From sequence record PZ386975.1: 64,000 bases of DNA. One strand, given 5' to 3'. Origin of the DNA: a phage. Numbering within the stretch: the stretch's first letter is position 1; each line of letters begins with the position of its first letter. The translations under genes and the position numbers were made by a program. Below are positions 1-9,125 of this stretch, one piece after another. A model generated the notes under the pieces. That model had not been told where the DNA came from. It saw only the letters and a list, made by a program, of their open reading frames with translations, and ran no database searches.

Positions 1-337
<337 letters not shown>

Positions 338-409
338 TTAGTTGATTGTTAAGTTGTTTGTAAAGAACCCTCAACAGAAGACTCTTTAGAAACTTGGTAG
401 ATTTTTAAC

Positions 410-650
410 GTGGCTACTACCATCCACCCATACCTCACATCACCATACCATACCATACCTGACCGGACCTAACCAAACTCCACAGCACCATACATCACAT
501 CACACAGCCTTATTAAAAGACCCTGTTTAAAGACCCTTTAAAAAGGTAAGTCTCATTTTAATGTAGCTGAGACTAACTACCCATACCAAACAGCACCGCA
601 CTATGCCTTACCCCACCTCACCGAGCCTCGCCCCACATCACTTAAAAACC
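410..650. repeat. strand-skewed low-complexity tract (CA-rich on plus, GT-rich on minus) with ATACC/ATCAC pentamer repeats
   Basis: Plus strand reads ccatccacccatacctcacatcaccataccataccatacc...; almost no G or T over about 240 bp, in an ORF-free gap between two minus-strand genes. Confidence 0.6.
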
Positions 651-738
651 CTTTTCAAAGACTCTTAAGTGATGTTGGTGAGTACCCGTTGGTTTATGCT
701 GCTCAGTATACTCACCAAATTTTCTATGTCAACAACTT

Positions 739-1878
739 TTACTCATAATCCCTAATAACTAGGCCAACAGGGAACTGTAAAGACCCCTTACGAGTCATCT
801 TCTGGAACTGAACCGTTAAAGGCTTCCCGATAAACTCTTCAGGATGCTCAGCCAGATACTGCTTTTTCTCATGAGTGGTTTTCCATGAGACATCTACAAA
901 GACGTTAGGAAGGGTCTCTACAACGAACTTGCCATGACCACGTTTATCAGTCTTTACACCAGTCACTTTAAACTCTTCAGTGTGCATCTTCTTATGCTTA
1001 ATCAAGAAGTATGAACGGTGACCGCACTCATAGAAAGATTCTTCAGAGATTGAACGGTACATTGCACCTTCAAACTTAGCCTCAACCCACTTATCATGAG
1101 CTTCATCAAACTCTTCCCAAGAATTTACACGGCGAGACTTAATAGGAACAACTTTACAGCCGTCTCTAAAGTCATTTAATGGTGAAGTCTCAATAATATC
1201 TCTACGCTCAGGCCACGTTTTAGTACTGTCACAGATATCATACCAGTAGAACTTAAGTAAGTGTCTGTCAGGATTGTCTTCATTTTTAATCATGGAGACA
1301 ATATCTTCTAAGTCCCACCCATGAGCATAAATCTCTCCATCAAATTCATCAACATCTTTGTGGAGCCTTAACATTGCCATAATGTCAGGTATTAGTTCAG
1401 TAGGGATTTTGTAAACAGTATTCTCACGAGAATATGCTGTAAATACACTGCCAATACTTAAGTGCCTTGAAATCCTACAACGTACACCATCAAGCTTCGG
1501 TTGAGCATCAGCAGGGAACTTCAGATACTTTGCATGACTAACCTTTGCAGCATCATGAGCAAGCTGTACACCTACCTTTTCAGTATTCTGTGCAGACTCT
1601 TTTGTGTAAGCATAACCTTTACGGTCAACTTGCTTTTTATACTTAGCAGCAACTTCAAAGAGAGCTTGCTGTTCAGCGTTACGCTCATTCTTTTTACCGA
1701 TGTTTTTAGGTTCTGCTGTATACTCTTCAAACATCATCTTGCCATTTTCTTTACCGTAGGTTGTAATAACTTTGTCACCTACAGCAACACATGACCAAAC
1801 GTTGAAGGAACCATCTTTATTTTGTTTGTATAGAATTGTCATTTTATTCCTCTGAGTGATACCAAGTATTGCAAGCAT
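739..1878 (-). CDS. ATP-dependent DNA ligase
   Basis: KxDG adenylation motif (PKLDGVRC); 379 aa, T7-ligase-like size. Confidence 0.75.
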   Translation of the reverse strand: MLAILGITQRNKMTILYKQNKDGSFNVWSCVAVGDKVITTYGKENGKMMFEEYTAEPKNIGKKNERNAEQQALFEVAAKYKKQVDRKGYAYTKESAQNTEKVGVQLAHDAAKVSHAKYLKFPADAQPKLDGVRCRISRHLSIGSVFTAYSRENTVYKIPTELIPDIMAMLRLHKDVDEFDGEIYAHGWDLEDIVSMIKNEDNPDRHLLKFYWYDICDSTKTWPERRDIIETSPLNDFRDGCKVVPIKSRRVNSWEEFDEAHDKWVEAKFEGAMYRSISEESFYECGHRSYFLIKHKKMHTEEFKVTGVKTDKRGHGKFVVETLPNVFVDVSWKTTHEKKQYLAEHPEEFIGKPLTVQFQKMTRKGSLQFPVGLVIRDYE

Positions 1879-2035
1879 TACATGCGTAAAGCTCTAAGTC
1901 ATTTTTATCAGGTTTATGAAAGCAGTTTGCTCCGCAGTGGCAACGAAACGGCTTTCCACCAACTGTCAGGGTGAAGGATTGAACCTTTCCATCAGGAGTT
2001 CGTACAGCATTTTTATGCTTATCTTCTTTGTTCAT
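1844..2035 (-). CDS. small zinc-ribbon protein
   Basis: CHCGANC...CNACN cysteine pairs in 63 aa. Confidence 0.4.
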   Translation of the reverse strand: MNKEDKHKNAVRTPDGKVQSFTLTVGGKPFRCHCGANCFHKPDKNDLELYACNACNTWYHSEE

Positions 2036-2337
2036 TTTCTCTTACCACCAATCTCTACGTCAATCACTTGAACATCACCAGCAACATCAAACTTATGAAT
2101 GATGCTTTCCACAGTGTAAGTCCAACTATCAATGCGAACTAACTCACCTTCTCGTGGGACGATTGGATTACGTTGAGCTACAGTTGTAGTGGAGTGAACA
2201 ACATCATAACAATAGATATAGTTTACTAATACTTCCATCGTGAAAACCTCACTCAATAACCGTGGTATGTGATTGACCATTTTTGCCATAGCTATAAGAT
2301 GTTGTTGTTTGAGAGTTTGGACATCTGACAACAACAA
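2032..2337 (-). CDS. hypothetical protein
   Basis: ORF in co-directional block; overlaps next ORF so true start may be internal. Confidence 0.3.
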   Translation of the reverse strand: MLLSDVQTLKQQHLIAMAKMVNHIPRLLSEVFTMEVLVNYIYCYDVVHSTTTVAQRNPIVPREGELVRIDSWTYTVESIIHKFDVAGDVQVIDVEIGGKRK

Positions 2338-2506
2338 TATCCCTGCTTATAGCGTCACCATTGAGTTTGTAGATTTTGCAGTCTTGCATCTCTGGAGGTA
2401 GGCTGTAAGAAGCATCTTTGTTTTCATAAGAAGGGTTGCAGCCAGCCAGAAAAATTACTCCAAGTGCAACCATTACTTTCACACAACTCTTAATCTTATT
2501 GTTCAC
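2249..2506 (-). CDS. putative lipoprotein
   Basis: N-terminal signal peptide with lipobox (VIFLAGC). Confidence 0.45.
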   Translation of the reverse strand: MNNKIKSCVKVMVALGVIFLAGCNPSYENKDASYSLPPEMQDCKIYKLNGDAISRDIVVVRCPNSQTTTSYSYGKNGQSHTTVIE

Positions 2507-2638
2507 GATAGTCTACCTCTCTGTATGTTTTTAAATAGTGGGTGATGAGTTCTGGTAATTCACTACGTTTAACGTTTGAACGAAGAAGTGTCCAGTCAAA
2601 ACCTTTACCAACCCTTCCCCAGAGACTGTACATTTTCT

Positions 2639-2872
2639 TCATAGCAACTCCAGAATATCAATACGTTCACCCTTAAGAACACCTGTACGGTCTCTTGCAA
2701 TCTTACCATCAACGATAAGGATATGCGCGACCTTTAAAGCCTCACCATTAAAACCTTTTACGAACTTGCTAGGCATCACTACAATGGACATCTCCTGAAT
2801 CAACTCTGGAGTATAGCAATTGTCGTGAAGTTGCTGAATAACGTCTGCAAGTGTCATTTTTGATGTCTCCAA
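2639..2872 (-). CDS. hypothetical protein
   Basis: ORF in co-directional block. Confidence 0.35.
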   Translation of the reverse strand: METSKMTLADVIQQLHDNCYTPELIQEMSIVVMPSKFVKGFNGEALKVAHILIVDGKIARDRTGVLKGERIDILELL

Positions 2873-3063
2873 TACTCAATGTCAATAAGTTCTTGTGCAA
2901 TGCTTTTCAGATTACCTTTCAAGAAAACCTTCTCAGAACCTGAAAGAGATGAATTGTCAATTAACCTGTTCATTCTCTCAAACAACTTCTGCTTACGGTT
3001 CTTGATAGTTTCCTTTGAAGCACCTTTCATCATCGCTGCATGGGTTCTTCCACGGTGGCTCAT
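2854..3063 (-). CDS. hypothetical protein
   Basis: ORF in co-directional block. Confidence 0.3.
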   Translation of the reverse strand: MSHRGRTHAAMMKGASKETIKNRKQKLFERMNRLIDNSSLSGSEKVFLKGNLKSIAQELIDIEYWRHQK

Positions 3064-3124
3064 AAGCCCTCCTATACAAGATATAGTATAAGGTACTCTT
3101 CCATGAGCACCTTGTCAATACTAG

Positions 3125-3681
3125 TCAGTGTACTTCAAGCCAATTCTTACCAACTTTACCAGTACCAGTTACAAGCGTTTCCTCCTTAAGCCCTAAGTTT
3201 CTTGATGCCTGACCATACATCCAGTCAATCACTGCTTTAACATCCTGTGTCATCTCTTCTGGGCACTCCCAACTATTCTCATCGTGGTATGCTAAAAGCA
3301 ATCTAGCACCAATAGCTGGTTTTCGACCATTCAGCTTTGTAAGACCCTCTTCACAAGTCCTTCTACAAGCAAGGTTGATGGCTTCATTCTGAACCTGACT
3401 TTCCGAACCCATGAGCAAGTAATTTAAAAGTTTGTGCGGAGATTTACACCACAACCATGCACCTGCTACCTTTACAAAACCACCCTTAGATATTGCAGCA
3501 GTCTTACCAAACACCTCTTCAAGAGCCTTCTTAGTGGCTTTGAAGTCTGCTTCTAAATTATCTATCAACTTCTTAATTTTAGGGAGGCGTACAAAGTATG
3601 TTTGCTTAGTTAAAGCACCTTCCTCAGTTGTAGATGCTTTAATCGTCTTAGCAAATTTCTCATCGCCAGCCCCGAACAATA
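3125..3681 (-). CDS. DNA polymerase (family A, T7 gp5-like), C-terminal exon
   Basis: Begins (L)FGAGDEKFAK matching the end of pol A motif B (T7 FLYGAGDEK); contains motif C HDE (LLAYHDENSWECPEE). Confidence 0.65.
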
Positions 3682-4486
3682 CATCTGGTCAATACACTCG
3701 CAAGGTGTACCAGTTCTCTTATGAACTTCTCCGCATTTCTACGGAGTGTCGGACTATATCACGTAGTAGTAGTAATACTACCGTTGCACTTGGGAATGGT
3801 CATTAGCTTACCACCCTACTCTACTCAGTTCATACGTTAAGTATGCTTTTCGATAGTCTCTGAACGTTTCTCTGTTAGGAATCTCTATAGTTATGTTATT
3901 TGCTTAGGTAGTCAATTGCCCTTTGCATATTATCAATGCTATCTGCAAGTAACCCCAAAGCTCTATTGCAATTGTGGCACAACATGCCTCTTACTTTTCC
4001 GGTTTTGTGGTCATGGTCAACGACAAGTTTAGCCTTATGCCGTGAACTATTCATGATAAAACCTTCACCGCCACAAATTTGACATTTGTAATCACAGTTA
4101 CGAAGTAGGGTCTCAACCTCTTCTCTTTCTAAACCATATGTTCTCAGGTAGTAATTCTTAACTCTACCTTTCTCTCCACAATGCGAAGAACAATAAACTT
4201 GCCTTGCTGTTCTAGGCATGAACACCTTCTCACAGCTAGGACATTTCTTAGTAAGAACCCTATATTCTGCTCTTCTGTCAAATTTTAATACGCAACTTCT
4301 GCACCGTTTTTGATTGTATTGGTACGGTTTAAACTCCGTGCCACACTCAGTGCATAATCTCTCTTCGTAACCTGCCATTGTCTCTCTCCTTTGTTTTAGG
4401 AGTCCTAACAGAGACTTCGCTGCTGATTACCATATCTTTACAGACTTAGGCTTCCAGCAATTCACAACGTTTTACATGCGCCACTG
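3682..4486 (-). mobile_element. intervening sequence in DNA polymerase gene, probable group I intron carrying a homing endonuclease
   Basis: Polymerase reading frame interrupted inside motif B; joining exon 1 ending ...GCG T to exon 2 TA TTG TTC GGG restores GIYALLFGAGDEK, colinear with T7 FIYGFLYGAGDEK; upstream exon ends in U and the insert ends in G. Confidence 0.55.
3896..4378 (-). CDS. endonuclease VII-family (His-Me finger) homing endonuclease
   Basis: VVDHDHKTGKVRGMLCHNCNRALG matches the T4 endo VII core as recalled (HLDHDHELNG...GKVRGLLCNLCN); N-terminal Cys-rich zinc ribbon. Confidence 0.65.
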   Translation of the reverse strand: MAGYEERLCTECGTEFKPYQYNQKRCRSCVLKFDRRAEYRVLTKKCPSCEKVFMPRTARQVYCSSHCGEKGRVKNYYLRTYGLEREEVETLLRNCDYKCQICGGEGFIMNSSRHKAKLVVDHDHKTGKVRGMLCHNCNRALGLLADSIDNMQRAIDYLSK

Positions 4487-6659
4487 ACGCATAAATGCCA
4501 TTTTTGGCTTTCTTACGGCCTTTACTAATTTCCTGAAGAAGATTTGTATCCTGAGTGGCTCGACAGGTCAAGATATCTTCCTCTTTATTAAGGCTGAAGT
4601 AGATGCTATTTAAAGTATGCGCATCAGTTCCTGAGTACACCACGTACAAGTCATTTTCCGAATCATAATGCAAATACTTGTCAATCTCTGGGTTTAGATA
4701 CTGGTCAAAATGTTTGCAATAGTATCTGCCATCCTCTTGTTTGACAAACTCAACCTCTTCTTTACCCTCTGTCACTGCTTTAGTGAACTCCTTATCACCC
4801 ATAAAGTTGCACAGCAGCACAAGTTGGGCACTATTCATATCTGCTGAAACAATATTAGTTCCTTCCTCACAAGTCCACACCTCCCTCATAGGCGCTCCAT
4901 AGACAGCAGCACCAGACGGTACGTTTACAATACCATATTGTGTCATACGTCCAGTTGAAGTACCAAACACCATTGCACCAGCACTAAGGCGACCATCAGG
5001 ACGAATCTGGTTAAGCCAACCTTTTTCATCATCCTTTGAGTTCTCAATAGTTCTGCGTCGGTGCATCAAAGTGTAGTATTTCGCAATCTTCTGTCCAAGC
5101 TCACCTTCAATCGTATCATAAGATGATTCAGTAAGTTTTGGTGAAGTACGGATTAAGCAAGGTTCAAGCAAATCTGTGTATTTCTTCACAGACCAGTTAT
5201 GCTCAATGTACTGTACACCTTCATGTTCAACATAACTCAAACCACACCGCTCAACCATTTCCTGCCACTTAGGATGTTTTGTAATCATCTTTTTATTGTC
5301 TTTGAAACGACAAACTTTGACAGGGCGACCATCTGAGTCTTTCTTGTAGTTCCAGTCATCTGGAATCCAACCAACTGATTTCAAGTAGTCTTTAACAACT
5401 GCTACCTGAGTCATACGAGAAACTTCAAACTCAATTGGTGTATATGGTGCATCAATCAAACCTGTGTAGCGACTTGACTCAAGTTCAAAGTGGTTAACAA
5501 CGTGGCTGTTATAGTACTTCACAGTTTTGACTGTTTTTACTGGCTTCCAGTCTTTGCACTTCTTACCAATCTTTGCATTCAACTCATTGCAAATTGCACG
5601 AGCATCCTTCATTGCTACAAAACCTTCCTTGTACTCTTCACCAGTTACAGTGTTGGTTGGTGTATAGCAATTCCTTTTTTCAATGTTAAAAATCTTTGTA
5701 GTTGGCTTACCAAATGGTTTGATTTCATATGTTTGCATCTCACCGTTACGCACCTGCTGACGATACTTTGTCTTAGGGTACTTGGTAATTCTCTTCAGTC
5801 CATCTGCATGACCAAATGTTTCAACATACTCATTCCAAGCTTTTGCAAACTCTTCTCCAGTGACTTTACCTTTGGTCTTAATAGTTGGAGGTAGATGCGG
5901 TTCAACCTCTGAAGCAAGCTCATTAGTCAATTTGTCAAGTTCCTTCACATGGAACTCCATAAGCTCTTTATCAGCTTTCCAGCCATTAATAGCTTGTTGA
6001 CTCATCCAGAAAGATGTCTCTTTAGCTCGCATGTAAGTCTCATAAGTGTCTATACCACACTTCTTAAGCTTGAGATACTCGTTATCAAGTGCCCGTTTAG
6101 TTTTGGCGTTAATACGGATATCTTCTACAACACGAGTGAAGATTTCTGCATTCCACACACCCCAATGTTCAATCTCTGGTTTACGGACACCAACACGAGC
6201 ACCCCATGCAGCCAAACCATGAGCACCTTTATAACCCTTTGGAGTTGGTCTATCCATCCACTGAACACGAGACTGGATAAGAGAATCCTGAAAGAAATTA
6301 CTCCACGGCTTACATTTTGGATTATCAAAGTTCCATAAATCCGGTGCAATGTGATTGAAGACCCACCAGTCATAACCGAGGCCGTTATGGATACAAAGTC
6401 GTTTTGCCTTTAACGCAAACTCAACACCTTCACGTAAACCACCCTTGATGTACTTAGTGTACTTGTGACCGAGGATAGGCTCATCTGTAAAGACCCATAC
6501 AGGTGGCTCTTCATCGTCAGATTTATAGTCTGCAAAAGCCATTACGTGAACTTTAGTGAACTCAAGGAGTAAACCATCAGTCTCTGTATCACCAACTAAA
6601 TGTAAGTTTTTAAAATCTACGTTTTCCATTTTTACTCCCTCTAAAATCATTAACCTCAT
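4487..6659 (-). CDS. DNA polymerase (family A, T7 gp5-like), N-terminal exon with 3'-5' exonuclease domain
   Basis: Exo I VGDTETDG, Exo II HNGLGYD, pol motif A-like VSADMNSAQLVLL; colinear with T7 gp5 blocks (AHGLAAWG, APYTPIEF); annotated frame ends at an in-insert stop at 4446. Confidence 0.7.
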
Positions 6660-6689
6660 ACATTACTGCAAAAAATTATAAAAAGCAAG

Positions 6690-6718
6690 TTGACAATGCA
6701 CTTGACAAGGTGTTAATC
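6690..6718 (+). promoter_or_regulatory. sigma70-like promoter in divergent intergenic region
   Basis: TTGACA, 17 nt spacer, TTAATC; overlaps recurring ACTTGACAAGGTG motif. Confidence 0.4.
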
Positions 6719-6886
6719 TTTGCGAAGTGGGTTTTTACTTAAAAGGTTACTTAACAGTTTAACTATACAGATACTTTAAAACTCTTAAAAGATTATTTAA
6801 TAGCTTTTAAAAAGCTTTAAAGTATAACGTATAGAATACGTTAAGATAAAAGATTAAAACTTAATAGTTACTTAAAAGAGGCTTAC

Positions 6887-7309
6887 ATGCAGAAAATGTT
6901 TGTTCACCCAGACATAGCTGACTTTGTTAGAGCTTTGCAGAAGTTGGAAGAACTTGACATTGCTGCTCAACGGGAATATGCTCACCATCACAGGAGAATG
7001 GTTGATATACAACATGAAATAGAGTTGTCTGAAGACTATGAAGATGACTTAAAATGCTCTGTATTTGAGCATATGAAAGATGTTGCTACAGCGAGACGTA
7101 AAGCTAAAGACACAGTTGCTTTACTAGATTCTCTTAAAAAGAGGTTGCAAAGTGGTACAGACCTGTGTAATCTAGCATCACTGATTAACGATGTTGAAAC
7201 TTCTTGGGATAGGCACTATTATCCACGTTCTGAAAAGACACTTGACTTTTCTTCATCAGAAAACTTAAAATGTTCTAGAAAGAAGCTTAACCAACTGAGA
7301 GAGAAATAA
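6887..7309 (+). CDS. hypothetical protein
   Basis: First ORF of plus block, preceded by AT-rich promoter region. Confidence 0.4.
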   Translation: MQKMFVHPDIADFVRALQKLEELDIAAQREYAHHHRRMVDIQHEIELSEDYEDDLKCSVFEHMKDVATARRKAKDTVALLDSLKKRLQSGTDLCNLASLINDVETSWDRHYYPRSEKTLDFSSSENLKCSRKKLNQLREK

Positions 7310-7310
7310 T

Positions 7311-8111
7311 ATGAATATCGATGTAGAAAAGATGCTTGAAGAAAAAGGTATTGACGAAGCGTTCTTAATCAATGCCGTAGAAAGTATGGCTATGATTCTT
7401 CGTGGGAACAACTACACAGAACAGTTTATGCCTTCAAGCTATAACTTGCCTGAAGACAAGTCTGATAACGGTGCTTTTGCAGAACAGGTTAACATGATGT
7501 TGACAGACACTACACTTGCTCTGGCATCTATTGCGGTTGGTGTTGATGCACTTGCTGAGTTCATTTTTTATGAAATGCAAAAGAATGACTATATCAGGAT
7601 GTCAGACGAAGATAAGGAACTGTTGCTGACTAAGGACACTGATTTCATTATTGATACGATTATCTCATCAACAAGTGCTGTTATGGCTGCTCTTGAGAAG
7701 CGAATGGAAGAGAAGCTGTCACGATATGAAAAACTTGATTGGGGTGTAGAAGAGTTAAATCCACGAATCCAAGAGATTATCCAGCAAACTAAAGACTCTT
7801 TAGAAGAAGCTGTGAAAGATGATTCCGTAGCTGATGTAGAACCACTACAGGTGAAGGTTGCTCTGATGATTCCAGCTATTTCTACAATGATGAATATCGT
7901 TGCACTAATCCAACTTTCTCAGATGTTGGGAGCAAGCATTGAGTTCATTGAGGAGATGACTGGTGGTGTCAGTATGCAAGCAATCAATGATGTTTTGGTA
8001 AACATTGGTGCTTCAATCATTGAAGAGAAACTACGCATTAACTTCGGTGATGATTTTGTGAAGCAAATCTCAGCTATGGCTGAAAAAGAGTCTGCTGAGC
8101 AACTGCACTAA
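7311..8111 (+). CDS. hypothetical protein
   Basis: Tightly packed ORF, acidic. Confidence 0.4.
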   Translation: MNIDVEKMLEEKGIDEAFLINAVESMAMILRGNNYTEQFMPSSYNLPEDKSDNGAFAEQVNMMLTDTTLALASIAVGVDALAEFIFYEMQKNDYIRMSDEDKELLLTKDTDFIIDTIISSTSAVMAALEKRMEEKLSRYEKLDWGVEELNPRIQEIIQQTKDSLEEAVKDDSVADVEPLQVKVALMIPAISTMMNIVALIQLSQMLGASIEFIEEMTGGVSMQAINDVLVNIGASIIEEKLRINFGDDFVKQISAMAEKESAEQLH

Positions 8112-8172
8112 GCCTTTATAAATCTTACAAGCCTCCTTAGTTGGGGGCTTTTTAGTAATTAAGGGAGGAAGA

Positions 8173-8916
8173 ATGAGTAGTATTATAGCATTTACTGGAA
8201 AGGCACGTTCTGGAAAAGACACCTCATGTTCTATTGTGAAGAACATCTTAGAGGATGAGTACGGCTACAATGTTGAAGTAATGGCCTTTGCAGACAACCT
8301 TAAACTATCTGCATCAAAGATATTTGACTTGACTTGGAATGACCTGTACGGTGAAACTAAAGAGACTTCACAGGTTTTTGACTTATCATATCCTGAACTG
8401 ATGTTTAAAGTTACGGAAGCTATGGAGTTTACCTTCAGAGATGAACGTTACCATATGGACTTCAAGCTTATGTCAGAGCTAACCGGACGATTAATCATGG
8501 AGCTTAAGAAGGTTGCTAAACCAACTCTATTGACACGTCTGGGGTTTAGCAAAAAGTATAAATTCTCATCAAGACAAATTCAACAGATTTGGGGTACTGA
8601 AGTTGTCCGTAAAGTAATGGGCGACAAGTTCTGGTCTAAAGACCTTGAAAAAAGAATGGTTAGATTCTATGAAATGTGCTCACTTAGAAATCAATATGGT
8701 TTTGTCTTAATCAGTGATTTAAGATTTGACTCTGAAGCTGAATGGCTGAGTAGATTTGCACACCAAACTATTGAAGTAAAAAGAGACAATGTGGACAAAG
8801 TTTCATCACATGTTTCAGAAAATGGGATTTCTACAAAATATGAGCGTGACATTATTCATAATAATGGTACTCTTGCAGACCTTGAGAACAAGCTAAGAGC
8901 CATCATTAAAGTTTAA
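8173..8916 (+). CDS. deoxynucleoside monophosphate kinase-like P-loop kinase
   Basis: N-terminus IIAFTGKARSGKDT resembles T4 gp1 dNMP kinase (LIFLSGVKRSGKDT); RBS GGAGG upstream. Confidence 0.55.
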   Translation: MSSIIAFTGKARSGKDTSCSIVKNILEDEYGYNVEVMAFADNLKLSASKIFDLTWNDLYGETKETSQVFDLSYPELMFKVTEAMEFTFRDERYHMDFKLMSELTGRLIMELKKVAKPTLLTRLGFSKKYKFSSRQIQQIWGTEVVRKVMGDKFWSKDLEKRMVRFYEMCSLRNQYGFVLISDLRFDSEAEWLSRFAHQTIEVKRDNVDKVSSHVSENGISTKYERDIIHNNGTLADLENKLRAIIKV

Positions 8917-8924
8917 AAGAGAGA

Positions 8925-9125
8925 ATGAAGATGAGAGTAAAAGACAATTTTAAAGTTATTGACCACCGTTTAGTGGAACTCTCATCTCTTTCCAATGAGG
9001 TAATGATTGAACGCCTTAAGAGAGTTGAATCACGAAGGAAAGAGATTGCAGATGAAATTCATGAACTGGACAAGATTGAAAATGGATTGAAGGCAGAACT
9101 ACAACGAAGAGGTGCTAATGTCTAA
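8925..9125 (+). CDS. hypothetical protein
   Basis: Small coiled-coil ORF. Confidence 0.3.
   Translation: MKMRVKDNFKVIDHRLVELSSLSNEVMIERLKRVESRRKEIADEIHELDKIENGLKAELQRRGANV

Noticed and set aside
1501-6373. Plus-strand ORFs inside minus-strand genes (1501-1794, 2879-3091, 3432-3806, 5490-5894, 5949-6338) and minus ORF 6125-6373
   Set aside because: Antisense or alternate-frame overlaps with ligase and polymerase genes that carry clear motifs; low-complexity translations
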